Source: an uncultured Gammaproteobacteria bacterium
Lineage (GTDB): Bacteria; Patescibacteriota; Patescibacteriia; JACPHY01
Assembly: GCA_964585225.1 (NCBI GenBank)
Contig: CAZPCZ010000002.1
Location: forward strand, 1-59,418
Reading direction: 5' to 3'
DNA length: 59,418 nucleotides
Made by a program: the position numbers and the translations under genes. The notes under the pieces were generated by a model that saw only the letters and a list, made by a program, of their open reading frames with translations, made no database searches and was not told the DNA's origin. This document shows positions 47,111 to 56,859 of the stretch, piece by piece; within the stretch, counting starts at the first letter, position 1; each line of letters begins with the position of its first letter.

Positions 47111-49132
47111 ATGACCGCCGTGCTCACGTTTGCGCTCCTCTCCGCCGTCGCCGCGATTGCGTACGGCCTCGTCCTCACCGCGCAGATCATGCGCCTCCCC
47201 GCTGGCGAGGGGAAGATGATCGGCATCGCGCATGCGATTCAGGAAGGCGCGCGCGCGTTCTTGAAGCGTCAGTACACCGCGGTCGCGTGGATCGGCATCC
47301 TCCTCTTCCTCGTCATTGGGTTCGTGCCCGCGCTCGGCTGGCGTTCCGCGATCGGCTTCCTCGTCGGCGCAGTCCTCTCCGCGGTCGCGGGCGCGATCGG
47401 CATGAGCGTTGCGGTACGCGCGAACGTACGCACCGCGCAGGCAGCGAAGCGGGGGATCGCACCAGCGCTTGATGTCGCGGTGAAGGGCGGCGCGGTCACC
47501 GGTATGCTCGTCGTCGGGCTCGCGCTCCTCGGCGTGGTGTCCATCTACTCGCTCGGTGGGAGAGATGCTGCGGCGCTCAAGATGCTCGTGGGCTTCGGAT
47601 TCGGCGGCTCGCTCATCTCCGTGTTCGCGCGGCTCGGCGGCGGCATCTACACGAAAGCAGCGGATGTCGGCGCGGACCTCGTTGGCAAAGTGGAGGCGGG
47701 CATCCCGGAGGATGATCCACGAAATCCCGCGGTCATCGCGGACAACGTCGGCGATAACGTCGGCGATGATGCGGGGATGGCCGCGGACCTCTTCGAGACG
47801 TACGCGGTGACGCTCGTCGCCACGATGCTCCTCGGCTCACTCACCGGCGGCGGTGGGAACGCCGCGGTCCTCTACCCGATCCTCATCGGCGGCATCGCCG
47901 CCATCGCCTCGATCCTCGGGACGTTCGCAATCCGGCTCGGGAAGGGATCAACGGCAATCATGGGCGCGCTGTACAAGGGACTCGCCGCTGCCGGCATCCT
48001 CGCCGCGATCGGTATCGTCATGGTCCCGCGGTTCTTCCAGCTCGGGAATGCCTCGTTCAACCCCGCCTCCTCGATGCTCTGGGGGCCCGCGCTCATCGGG
48101 CTCGCCGTGACCGCGCTCCTCGTCGTCATCACGGAGTACTACACCTCGACATCACGCAAGCCGGTACGGTCGATCGCGGCGGCATCGGAGACCGGCCACG
48201 GGACGAACGTCATCCAAGGGCTCGCGGTTGGCATGCGCTCGACGGCATGGCCCGTCCTCGTCATCGCCGCAGCAATCTGGGCATCGTTCCAGATTGGCGG
48301 GTTGTACGGCATCGGTATCGCCGCGATGGCCATGCTCTCACTCGCGGGCATCATTGTGACGATCGACGCGTATGGCCCGATCACGGACAACGCCGGCGGC
48401 ATCGCGGAGATGGCCGGGCTGCCGGATGAAGTACGCGCGGTCACGGATCCGCTCGACGCGGTCGGGAACACGACGAAGGCGGTGACGAAAGGGTACGCGA
48501 TCGGATCCGCAGCGCTCGCGGCACTCGTGCTCTTCGCGGACTACACGCACGCGCTCGGCGAACGCGGGCTCAACGTCGAGTTCCGCCTCGACGACCCAAA
48601 GGTGCTCATCGGGCTCTTGATCGGCGGCATTCTCCCGTACCTCTTTGGCGCGCGAGCGATGGAAGCCGTGCGCCGCGCCGCGTCGAGCGTCGTCAAGGAG
48701 GTACGCCGACAATTCCGCGAAATCCCGGGTATCATGGAGGGGACAGGAAAACCTGACTACGCCCGCTGCGTTGACATTGTCACGAAGGCCGCGATCAAGG
48801 AAATGGTCGTCCCCGCGCTCCTCCCCGTCGTCGCCCCGATCCTCGTCGGCCTCTTCTTGGGTGCGCACGCGCTCGGTGGACTCTTGATCGGCGTGCTCAT
48901 CTCCGGGCTGTTCCTCGCGATCGCGATGACGACGGGCGGCGCAGCGTGGGACAACGCGAAGAAGTACATCGAGGCCGGCAACCACGGCGGGAAGAAATCC
49001 CCCGCCCACCAAGCCGCCGTCACCGGCGACACCGTCGGCGATCCCTACAAAGACACTGCGGGTCCCGCCATCAACCCGATGATAAAAATCGTAAATATCG
49101 TTGCCCTGCTCATTGTGGGGCTCTTGCGGTAG
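47111..49132 (+). CDS. hppA: Membrane H+-translocating pyrophosphatase, K+-independent type
   Basis: [36 protein letters not shown] (Lys = K+-independent), [11 protein letters not shown]. Confidence 0.96.
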   Translation: MTAVLTFALLSAVAAIAYGLVLTAQIMRLPAGEGKMIGIAHAIQEGARAFLKRQYTAVAWIGILLFLVIGFVPALGWRSAIGFLVGAVLSAVAGAIGMSVAVRANVRTAQAAKRGIAPALDVAVKGGAVTGMLVVGLALLGVVSIYSLGGRDAAALKMLVGFGFGGSLISVFARLGGGIYTKAADVGADLVGKVEAGIPEDDPRNPAVIADNVGDNVGDDAGMAADLFETYAVTLVATMLLGSLTGGGGNAAVLYPILIGGIAAIASILGTFAIRLGKGSTAIMGALYKGLAAAGILAAIGIVMVPRFFQLGNASFNPASSMLWGPALIGLAVTALLVVITEYYTSTSRKPVRSIAAASETGHGTNVIQGLAVGMRSTAWPVLVIAAAIWASFQIGGLYGIGIAAMAMLSLAGIIVTIDAYGPITDNAGGIAEMAGLPDEVRAVTDPLDAVGNTTKAVTKGYAIGSAALAALVLFADYTHALGERGLNVEFRLDDPKVLIGLLIGGILPYLFGARAMEAVRRAASSVVKEVRRQFREIPGIMEGTGKPDYARCVDIVTKAAIKEMVVPALLPVVAPILVGLFLGAHALGGLLIGVLISGLFLAIAMTTGGAAWDNAKKYIEAGNHGGKKSPAHQAAVTGDTVGDPYKDTAGPAINPMIKIVNIVALLIVGLLR

Positions 49133-49251
49133 AGGCCCTCCCCCTCGTTCTGAGGGGGAGTGGTGGGGGTGCGGGGACGATGATTGCGCGGATCGAGGGC
49201 GCGTGGTACGGTCTCCTTCGTTCCTTCACCCAACCGACACAGGAGGCGTCC

Positions 49252-49782
49252 ATGCCCACGGACCAACCACGACCGGCCGCGGTCATTTTCGACTTCGACG
49301 ACGCGATTGCTGGGAGCCCAGAACTCCCCGAGCTCCTCGCCGCGCTCCAGACGAGCGACGTGCGAACGGCTGCCGTGTCAGCGGTGCGCCCGCTCGCGGA
49401 CATCACGCGGTCGTTCGGCAGCGCTCTCAACGTCGTCTTCGATCGCGGGAATGTGGGGGACGGCTCACCCGGCCGCAACCTCTTCCTCACCACTGCCGAA
49501 TGGTTCGGCATCACATCCGAACGCTGCTGCGGCATCGGGAACTCGACTGTCGCCATCCAGGCGATCGCGACGGCCGGCATGTGCCCGATCGCGATCGGGA
49601 AACCGGCGAGCGCGGAGGTGCTCGGCAAGACCGGCGCATTCCGCATCTTCCAGGGCTTCCGCATCCTCACGCCATTCCGCATCGAGCAAGCGTATTGCGA
49701 CTGGCACCTCGAGCGTGCACGTGAGGTCGTTCGCGCCGCAACCGCCACCCGCAGCCCGAAGAAGAACGGCGCTCCGTCGTGA
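49252..49782 (+). CDS. HAD-fold (beta-PGM-like) protein with degenerate catalytic motifs
   Basis: SD CAGGAGG; AVIFDFDD motif I; motif III Lys missing (GSPGRNLF); motif IV GIGNS lacks acidic residues. Confidence 0.65.
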   Translation: MPTDQPRPAAVIFDFDDAIAGSPELPELLAALQTSDVRTAAVSAVRPLADITRSFGSALNVVFDRGNVGDGSPGRNLFLTTAEWFGITSERCCGIGNSTVAIQAIATAGMCPIAIGKPASAEVLGKTGAFRIFQGFRILTPFRIEQAYCDWHLERAREVVRAATATRSPKKNGAPS

Positions 49783-49830
49783 GGGTCCCGTACGGATCAA
49801 AGAAACTGGACCCCACAAAACTCCCGTCTG

Positions 49831-49919
49831 TGTCATTTCGACGAGCGAAGCGAGGAGAAATCTCACGCGCCCGTGCCAGCACCGTGATGTGAGATTCCTC
49901 GCGGCGGCTCGGAACGACA
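49831..49919. repeat. GTCATYYCGA-family palindromic element, intergenic
   Basis: TGTCATTTCGACGAGCGAAGCGAGGAGAAATCTCAC...GTGAGATTCCTCGCGGCGGCTCGGAACGACA. Confidence 0.85.
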
Positions 49920-49983
49920 CACCAAAAGGAAGACCACCCCGAGAGCATCGGGGTGGTCCATTGTTTCTGGTCTAGCGCCTACG

Positions 49984-50853
49984 TCACGTCTGCGACTCGT
50001 TGCCGAGCCACCGCACGAGCTCGATATGAGACGTACAGTGGCTGAGCGCTTCCGCAGCCGACGATTCCTGGACGGACTGCAGCAGCGCTCGGGCCACCCG
50101 CTCGATCTCCTGCAGCCGCCGCCACTCCGATCCGAATCCCTCGACGGTCGTGCCCATTTCCGCGAGGGCCGCCTCCACGCGCCGCAGCTTCGGCTCGATC
50201 TCCGCGAGCCGCTCACGCGCGGACTTCTCCTCCGCGTGCTCCGTCGCCGCGGCGACCACGCGGTCCAGCGGCGCCGTCCCGACGACGTACTCCAGGAGGA
50301 GGTTCCCGTCCGGGACGTGGCGCAGCCCGTGCTTCTTCGCGATGATCGCGTCCGTCGTAAACCGCGTCCCCGACTGCACGTCCGTGACGTGGAGACCGAT
50401 GTTGTCCACCTGGGCGATCCGATGCCCCTCCGGCACCCACGGGCGATCGAGGTTCATGTGGACGCGTCCATCATCGCCACGCGTGAGCTCGACGACGTAG
50501 CCGCTCCAAACTTTGGCGCCGTTCCAGTGGTGTTGTACGGCGACCGCGATGTGCCCGCGGTCCTGCCCTTCCGGCAGATGCACCGTGAACGTCAGCGCGC
50601 TCTCGCCCGGCATGGCACTCACGGGGGCTGTTGCGCCGAACACGCGACATTCGAGGCCGTAGCAGTTGAGGAAGACGTTGCTCCCAGCCGCTCGAGGACC
50701 AAACAGTTCTTTCAATCGGGCCGCCATTGGCGCCCTCTCTTTTCTCCCGGCGATTGCCGGGCGATGGTGGTCCGATGATCCATCGGACCGAGTGAAGGTA
50801 CGACGGTCGGTCTCCCGACCGCTTCGAGCATCAAAACCCTGCTCGATGGGCAT
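49984..50853 (-). CDS. Hypothetical protein with C-terminal coiled coil
   Basis: Long ORF with typical codon bias; start may be 50727 (MAARLKELF). Confidence 0.65.
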   Translation of the reverse strand: MPIEQGFDARSGRETDRRTFTRSDGSSDHHRPAIAGRKERAPMAARLKELFGPRAAGSNVFLNCYGLECRVFGATAPVSAMPGESALTFTVHLPEGQDRGHIAVAVQHHWNGAKVWSGYVVELTRGDDGRVHMNLDRPWVPEGHRIAQVDNIGLHVTDVQSGTRFTTDAIIAKKHGLRHVPDGNLLLEYVVGTAPLDRVVAAATEHAEEKSARERLAEIEPKLRRVEAALAEMGTTVEGFGSEWRRLQEIERVARALLQSVQESSAAEALSHCTSHIELVRWLGNESQT

Positions 50854-50894
50854 GGCTCCAAGATAGCGTATCAGGAGGAATATGTCAAATGCTA

Positions 50895-50923
50895 TTGACA
50901 GAACCGCGCCTTTACGCTACATT
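50895..50923 (+). promoter_or_regulatory. sigma70-like promoter
   Basis: TTGACA-17-TACATT. Confidence 0.65.
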
Positions 50924-51041
50924 GCTATGGTTGGCTGTTACTTCACATGACAGACCCTCCCCCTCGTTCTGAGGGGGAGCGAGAGGGGGTGCAGGAAAGC
51001 CCCAACAACATCGCAGAACGAAGACAGGAATGGAGGACACG

Positions 51042-51170
51042 ATGCAGCGAACGATCACCGTCTCCCGAAATGGAGAAAACGTGTTCATCGCGGGGCTGTC
51101 ACGTGGTTTCGGCGCCGTGCACGTCGTGCCCGTCCTCACTCCGGACGATCTCGCGGTGGACGACACCTAA
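51042..51170 (+). CDS. Putative 42-aa small protein
   Basis: GGAGG SD then MQRTITVSRNGENVFIAGLSRGFGAVHVVPVLTPDDLAVDDT*; downstream of the 50895 promoter. Confidence 0.5.
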   Translation: MQRTITVSRNGENVFIAGLSRGFGAVHVVPVLTPDDLAVDDT

Positions 51171-51509
51171 CTACGTCCACGCGGAAACACGCGGCAGCAC
51201 CGGCGTCTCCGCCGAGCTCCGCCGTCGCGCGAACCACGAGGTCGTCCGACGCGCCTCGTCGAACCGATCGGTCACGCACCTGTCCGTTGGCGGCCGCACG
51301 CGGCGTGCGTGAGTTCGGAAACCCCCGCCCGCACGCGGCAATCTGAGGCCCGGTCCATCCACGGACCGGGTCTTCACTTTGCCGAAAAGAGCCGAGCATT
51401 GACACGTGCTGCGGGGCCATGTACACCTGAAATGCGGCGATTGACCTGGGGCCAAGCCGCCACCGCCATGGGTGCACCATGCGCAGCACATCAGAGAGGC
51501 AGGTTCTAC

Positions 51510-51938
51510 GTGAGCAAACTCGTATTTCTCGGGGGAACGGCCGGGGGAAATCCCTGGCGCGAGCGCTTCATCGAAGCGCTCGTCGGACGCGGCGCGAGTC
51601 GCGATGCGCTCTTCAACCCAGTCGTGAAGGACTGGAACGAAGAGGCGCAGCGGCGCGAGGAAACGGCGAAGGCGGAGGCAAGCCACCTCGTCTTCTACGT
51701 CGCCGACCCCAAGCAGGACGGCAACCCGCTCTCGGCGTACTCCATGGTCGAGGCCACGATGGCGCTCTACGACAAGGCGGAGCGCACGGTCGTCGTCTTC
51801 GACACCGACGGCATGAGCGGCCACCCGCTCAAGGCGATGAACCAGGCGCTGAAGGTCCTCCGGACGCGATTCCCGAACGCCAACATCTTCGGGACGCGGC
51901 AGGAAGCCCTCGACTGGCTCGCCGCGCAGCTCGCCTAG
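51510..51938 (+). CDS. Nucleoside 2-deoxyribosyltransferase-like domain protein
   Basis: GTG start; VFLGGTAGGNPWRE, FNPVVKDWNEE, SAYSMVEA match the NDT-like Rossmannoid family. Confidence 0.75.
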   Translation: MSKLVFLGGTAGGNPWRERFIEALVGRGASRDALFNPVVKDWNEEAQRREETAKAEASHLVFYVADPKQDGNPLSAYSMVEATMALYDKAERTVVVFDTDGMSGHPLKAMNQALKVLRTRFPNANIFGTRQEALDWLAAQLA

Positions 51939-52044
51939 TACTTGCGCGCACACGACGAGGGCCACACCCGTGGCCCTCGTTCTCATTTCCCCATCTTATT
52001 GACACCTCCGCTGCACTTCGCGTACAACTCAGAGACAGTCCGGT

Positions 52045-53337
52045 ATGCAAACTACGACAACATCGCTCCCAAAATCATCCATCAGCATCGACGTCGAGCT
52101 CGCGGTTGAGGAACTCCAGCCGTACCTTCGCAAAGCTGCGGAGGCGCTGTCGCGTGAGCATCCGATGAAGGGGTTCCGCCCGGGCAAAGTGCCGTACGAC
52201 GTCGCGGTTCAACGGTATGGCGCTGTGGCACTCTACGAGGAGGCGGCGGACCAGGCGGTGCGCGACGCGTACGTCCGCGCGGTGCGCGAGCAGAACCTGA
52301 AGACCGTCGGCTCCCCGCGCATCGAGGTGAAGACGCTCGCGCCGGACAATCCCATGAAGTTCACCGCCACGGTTGCAGTACTCCCGGCCGTCGTGCTGCC
52401 GGACCTCAGCACGATCTCGGTCACGCGAAGAGCCGTGCGTATCGCGCCGAACGACGTCGACCGTGCGCTCGAGGACCTCCGCAAGTTGCAGCCGACCGAG
52501 GCGCTCGTCGATCGTCCAGCCACCGCGACGGATAAGGTCGTCGTCGACCTCGACCTCTCGCGGGAGAACGTGCCGCTCGAGGGCGGACAAGCGCGTGGCC
52601 ATCAGATCGAGCTCACGGAATCGTACTACCTCCCGAAAGTGAAAGAGGAACTCATTGGGATGTCGCGGGGCGAGACGAAATCATTCCCGCTCGCGTTTCC
52701 CGCCGACCACTACCAGAAGCACCTCGCGGGGACGACGGTCGATTGCTCAGTCACGGTGAAGGACGTGTACAGCGTCGAACTCCCGCCCATCGACGATGCG
52801 TTCGCGAAACGACTCGGGCAGGGGGACCTCGCGGCGCTCCGGGTCCTCATCGAACGGAACCTCACCGCAGAATCAGAGAAGAAGGCGGCTGATGCGGAGG
52901 AGATCGAGATGCTCGACGCGATCATGGATCGCGCGACCATTGCCGACCTCCCAGAGATCCTCATCACCGGCGAGGCGCGACGGATGATCGACGAGCTCGA
53001 GCGTGGCGTCGGAAGCCAAGGACTCACGTTCGACGAGTACCTGACGAAGCTCAAGAAGACGCGCGATGAAATCCTCCTCGACTTCGCACCGGATGCCGTG
53101 CGTCGCGTGAAGGTCGCACTCGTGACACGGGCCATCGCCGAAGCGAACGTGGAGGCGACCGCGGTCACAGACGACGAAGTCAAATCTGAAGTCCAGCAGC
53201 AGCTCGCGCGGTACGAGGACACGCCGGAATTCCGCCAACGCATGCAGTCCGAGGAAGCGCGGGACTACGTGGCCTCAATGCTCCGCAACCGCAAAGTCAT
53301 CGCGTGGCTGCGGGGGCAGGTGAAGTGGCGAAACTAG
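52045..53337 (+). CDS. tig: Trigger factor
   Basis: MKGFRPGKVP signature, FKBP-like middle domain, C-terminal domain. Confidence 0.95.
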   Translation: MQTTTTSLPKSSISIDVELAVEELQPYLRKAAEALSREHPMKGFRPGKVPYDVAVQRYGAVALYEEAADQAVRDAYVRAVREQNLKTVGSPRIEVKTLAPDNPMKFTATVAVLPAVVLPDLSTISVTRRAVRIAPNDVDRALEDLRKLQPTEALVDRPATATDKVVVDLDLSRENVPLEGGQARGHQIELTESYYLPKVKEELIGMSRGETKSFPLAFPADHYQKHLAGTTVDCSVTVKDVYSVELPPIDDAFAKRLGQGDLAALRVLIERNLTAESEKKAADAEEIEMLDAIMDRATIADLPEILITGEARRMIDELERGVGSQGLTFDEYLTKLKKTRDEILLDFAPDAVRRVKVALVTRAIAEANVEATAVTDDEVKSEVQQQLARYEDTPEFRQRMQSEEARDYVASMLRNRKVIAWLRGQVKWRN

Positions 53338-53458
53338 AAACTCGAAATTCGAATTTCGAAATCCGAAACAAGCACGAATGTTCAAATGAACCAAAGAACG
53401 TTTTGAGTTTTCGCCTTTTGAATTTGTTTCGGATTTCGAGTTTCGTGCTTCGGATTTC
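53329..53458. repeat. Heptamer inverted-repeat element overlapping the tig stop
   Basis: CGAAACT AGAAACT CGAAATT CGAATTT CGAAATC ... TTTCGGA TTTCGAG TTTCGTG CTTCGGA; same family as the lspA insert. Confidence 0.9.
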
Positions 53459-53467
53459 TTTCCACGC

Positions 53468-54304
53468 ATGCCAATCGGTGCTCACGTTTCCATCGCGGGC
53501 GGTATCTGGAACGCACCCGAACGCGCGGCGGCACTCGGGTGCGAGTGTTTCCAGTTGTTCACGCGCTCGCCGCAGGGAGGCGGCGCGCCGCCACTTACCG
53601 ACGAGGGCGTGAAGAAGTTCCGCGCAGCGTGCGAGACGCACGGCCAGCAGCTCTGGGTCGTGCACACGCCGTACTACATCAACCTCGCATCGAAAGAGGA
53701 ACGTACGCGCGCGAATTCCGCGCGCGTCATCCGTGACGAACTCGAACGCGCGTCGCTCATCGGTGCGACGTACGTCATGACGCACCTCGGGAGCGCGAAG
53801 GACGTCGGGCAATCGCAAGGCGTCACATACGCTGCCCAAGGACTCCGCAAAGCGCTCGATGGCTACACCGGCTCCGCCCAATTCCTCATCGAAATCTCCG
53901 CCGGCGCCGGTTCCGTCATCGGGGGGACGTTCGAGGAAGTCGCGCAGCTCCTCACCATGATCGACCGCGAGGACGTGGGGATCTGCTTCGACACCCAGCA
54001 CGCCTTCGGTTCCGGCTACGATCTCCGTACGCCCGAGGCGGTCGCGGAAACCATGCAGAAGTTCGACGCGACGATCGGTCTCCACCGCCTCAGAATGTCC
54101 CACGTGAACGACTCGAAAGTGGAACTCGGCGCGCACAAGGATCGCCACGAGCACATCGGCCACGGCCACATCGGCGCCGACGGCATCCGCGCCTTTGTCC
54201 AAAGTCGAGCTTTGGACAACCTCCCGCTCATCATCGAAACCGAGGACGGCCCCGAACGCGCGGAGGACGTGCGGCTCCTCAAGGAGTTTCGTGGAAACAT
54301 TTGA
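53468..54304 (+). CDS. nfo: Endonuclease IV
   Basis: IGAHVSIAGG, HTPYYINLAS, ICFDTQHAF, HVNDSK, DRHEHIG, IIET. Confidence 0.95.
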   Translation: MPIGAHVSIAGGIWNAPERAAALGCECFQLFTRSPQGGGAPPLTDEGVKKFRAACETHGQQLWVVHTPYYINLASKEERTRANSARVIRDELERASLIGATYVMTHLGSAKDVGQSQGVTYAAQGLRKALDGYTGSAQFLIEISAGAGSVIGGTFEEVAQLLTMIDREDVGICFDTQHAFGSGYDLRTPEAVAETMQKFDATIGLHRLRMSHVNDSKVELGAHKDRHEHIGHGHIGADGIRAFVQSRALDNLPLIIETEDGPERAEDVRLLKEFRGNI

Positions 54305-54349
54305 ACCCAGTGGGAGTCCTGTGCTATAGTCACGATGTCCTCATCGTGT

Positions 54350-54622
54350 ATGCCCGCCACACTCCGCCGTGAACGAGTCACACCCCGTCGTCGCGCACTC
54401 CGGCGTTCTCCATCCGGTCATCGTCTCCTCACGCGTGTGACACACGATGGTCACACCCGTACCTTCGCGATCTCTCGGCGTGCCTACGAGAATCTCATTG
54501 AGGATCTCGAGGCGCTGTCGAGTCCGCGGTACCTCGCGTCCATCCGGCGTGCGCGCCGTGAAGCCGCACGTGGAGAGACGCACACGCTCGCAGAGGTCAA
54601 GCGTCGGTTTGGAATCCAATAG
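54350..54622 (+). CDS. Putative antitoxin (Phd/YefM-like C-terminus)
   Basis: YENLIEDLEALSSPRYLASIRRARREAARGETHTLAEV; directly upstream of RelE. Confidence 0.7.
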   Translation: MPATLRRERVTPRRRALRRSPSGHRLLTRVTHDGHTRTFAISRRAYENLIEDLEALSSPRYLASIRRARREAARGETHTLAEVKRRFGIQ

Positions 54623-54628
54623 TGCGGT

Positions 54629-54880
54629 ATGCACGTGGTGCTGACGCCGAGTGCGGGGCGCGACCTCGACGCACTCGATCCGCAGGTACGTCATCGCGTA
54701 CTTCGAAAGCTTGGGTGGTTCGTCCGATCGGATGACCCACTCATTTTCGCTGAACCACTCTCCCATTCGAAGCTGGGGACGTGGCGGTTCCGTATCGGAG
54801 ATTGGCGAGTGACATTCGATGTAGACGTGGATCGTATTGTTGTGCTCCGCATCGGCAACCGCCGCGACATCTACTGCTAA
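54629..54880 (+). CDS. RelE/ParE family toxin
   Basis: VVLTPSAGRDLDALD, WRFRIGDWRVTF, VLRIGNRRDIY. Confidence 0.9.
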   Translation: MHVVLTPSAGRDLDALDPQVRHRVLRKLGWFVRSDDPLIFAEPLSHSKLGTWRFRIGDWRVTFDVDVDRIVVLRIGNRRDIYC

Positions 54881-54925
54881 CGCATCCGCGTTCATCCGCG
54901 TTGCTATCCGCACTGATCCGCTTCT

Positions 54926-55843
54926 ATGGTTCGTAATCTCATCATCATCGGTGGCGGTCCGGCGGCGCTCACGGCGGCGATCTACGCGGGACGCGCGTCA
55001 TTGCGGCCGCTCGTGTTCGCGGGCGCGATGCCGGGTGGGCAGCTCATGCTGACCTCCGAGGTCGAGAACTACCCGGGGTTCGACGACCCCATCATGGGAC
55101 CGGAGCTCATGGAGCGGTGGCGCAAGCAGGCGCAGCGGTACGGCGCGGAGTTCGTGGATGAGGACGTCACCGCGGTGGACTTCTCCAAACAACCGTTCCG
55201 CGTCACCGTTGGCGCACAAACGTACGAGACGAAATCGGTGATCGTCGCGACCGGTGCGACCGCGAAGTGGCTCGGGATCCCCAACGAGCAGCGCCTCATC
55301 GGGAAGGGCGTCCACACGTGCGCGCAGTGCGACGGATTCGCGTACACCGGCAAACACGTCGTGGTGGTCGGTGGTGGCGATACCGCGATGGAGGAAACGA
55401 CGACGCTCGCGAAGATCGCCACAAAGGTCACGGTCGTCCACCGCCGGTCGGAGCTCCGCGCCTCAAAGATCATGGCGGATCGCGCGCTCGCCAACCCCAA
55501 AGTTGAGTTCATTTGGAACACGGCGGTTGAGGAGGTGCTCGGAGACACGCGCACGACCGGCGTAAAACTCAAGAACCTCGAAACGAACGCGGTGCGCGAG
55601 TTCCCATGTGACGGCCTCTTCGTCGCCATCGGCTACACCCCCGCGACCGCATTCCTCAAGGGCCAGCTCGAACTCAACGACAAAGGATACGTTATCGTCC
55701 ACGATCACACACGAACATCTGTGGAGGGCGTCTTCGCCGCCGGCGATGTCGAGGACTTCCGGTACCGGCAGGCGGTGACGGCCGCAGGCGCGGGTTGCGC
55801 TGCGGCCATTGATGCGGAACGATGGTTAGCCACGAATTCCTAA
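54926..55843 (+). CDS. trxB: Thioredoxin reductase
   Basis: GGGPAALTAA, VENYPGF, CAQCDG, GGGDTAME, VFAAGDV. Confidence 0.96.
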   Translation: MVRNLIIIGGGPAALTAAIYAGRASLRPLVFAGAMPGGQLMLTSEVENYPGFDDPIMGPELMERWRKQAQRYGAEFVDEDVTAVDFSKQPFRVTVGAQTYETKSVIVATGATAKWLGIPNEQRLIGKGVHTCAQCDGFAYTGKHVVVVGGGDTAMEETTTLAKIATKVTVVHRRSELRASKIMADRALANPKVEFIWNTAVEEVLGDTRTTGVKLKNLETNAVREFPCDGLFVAIGYTPATAFLKGQLELNDKGYVIVHDHTRTSVEGVFAAGDVEDFRYRQAVTAAGAGCAAAIDAERWLATNS

Positions 55844-56326
55844 TGACGAATTTCTAATTTCTAATCAAATCCCAATGCCCAATGATCAAATGACCAAAAC
55901 GAAGTTCGATCTCGAGGAGCGAACAGCGAGATTCGGCGAAGAGGTCATCCGCTTTGCGAAGAAGATACCAGAGAACGCGGTCACGAGACCACTCATTTCA
56001 CAGTGTGTCCGAGCTGGGACGAGCATCGGCGCGAACTACTGCGAGGCCGACGATGCGGAATCGCGAAAGGATTTCGTCCACAAGATTGGCATCTGCAAGA
56101 AGGAGGCGCGCGAGTGCAAGCACTGGCTCCGCATGATCGTCGTGGCAGTCCCGGAACTCACTCATGGGGCGCGGGTGCTCTGGCAAGAGGCGAAGGAGCT
56201 CAACCTCATTTTCAACGCGATCACTCGCTCGAGTCGCGACCACGAACGGTAGGAGCGCTCAATCGTCATTGGTGCTTGGGCATTACGTCATTGATTAGAA
56301 ATTAGGAATTAGAAATTAGGAATTCG
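55833..56326 (+). mobile_element. Candidate element: four-helix-bundle gene bracketed by inverted heptamer arrays
   Basis: Left arm CGAATTCCTAATGACGAATTTCTAATTTCTAATCAA... (55833-55895) is an imperfect inverse of right arm ...TTGATTAGAAATTAGGAATTAGAAATTAGGAATTCG (56263-56326). Confidence 0.6.
55875..56252 (+). CDS. Four helix bundle protein (23S-IVS/Avd-like family)
   Basis: FDLEERTARF, QCVRAGTSIGANYCEAD.AESRKDF.HK..I..KE..E..HWL. Confidence 0.92.
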   Translation: MPNDQMTKTKFDLEERTARFGEEVIRFAKKIPENAVTRPLISQCVRAGTSIGANYCEADDAESRKDFVHKIGICKKEARECKHWLRMIVVAVPELTHGARVLWQEAKELNLIFNAITRSSRDHER

Positions 56327-56336
56327 GTTATTTTCT

Positions 56337-56504
56337 ATGCGCACTCTCTTCTCCCTGGTCACACTCAGTGGCGTCTGGCTCTTCGCCTCGCCCTTCGTCC
56401 TGGGTTATCTTGGTGTGGCGCGCGGCAACGCGCTCCTCCTCGGCCTCATCCTCACGATCATTGGGATCATGGGGATCGCCGGGACCGTTCAACCGAAACG
56501 GTAG
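56337..56504 (+). CDS. Small SPW-repeat membrane protein
   Basis: Manual translation MRTLFSLVTLSGVWLFASPFVLGYLGVARGNALLLGLILTIIGIMGIAGTVQPKR*. Confidence 0.7.
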   Translation: MRTLFSLVTLSGVWLFASPFVLGYLGVARGNALLLGLILTIIGIMGIAGTVQPKR

Positions 56505-56574
56505 CTGCGCCCTCCACAAAACCACGCCGTTCGCCATTATAGGCGGCATACGGTATACTCCAAATTGTCCATCT

Positions 56575-56853
56575 ATGAACCGCGTCACACAGAAATCGAA
56601 CGTGCGAAGTGTACGACGCACCCGACGCACTCACGCGCATCATGAGCTCCCGAAGAACCCGTGGGAGCCGCTGCCGATGGAACGGCGCCTCCTCGCGGAT
56701 GCAATCGAACGAACGCGGGGCATTCTCCGCAGCAGTCGCACTGATCCGGTGGCATGGCAGCGACGCATCCGCTCGTTAGATACTCGGCGACTCCGAGAGC
56801 AGGATCGTCTGTGGGCCAAACTCAAAAAACAGCGACGGACGAAGCGTCCGTAA
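56575..56853 (+). CDS. Putative antitoxin of the PIN toxin
   Basis: RGILRSSRTDPVAWQRRIR motif; 6 nt upstream of the PIN gene; TATACT upstream. Confidence 0.6.
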   Translation: MNRVTQKSNVRSVRRTRRTHAHHELPKNPWEPLPMERRLLADAIERTRGILRSSRTDPVAWQRRIRSLDTRRLREQDRLWAKLKKQRRTKRP

Positions 56854-56859
56854 TCACGC

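Noticed and set aside
53329-53458. Heptamer arrays as CRISPR or TIGR arrays
   Set aside because: Contiguous short tandem units without unique spacers; no cas or Nop-domain genes
55875-56252. Avd of a diversity-generating retroelement
   Set aside because: No adjacent RT, template repeat or target gene
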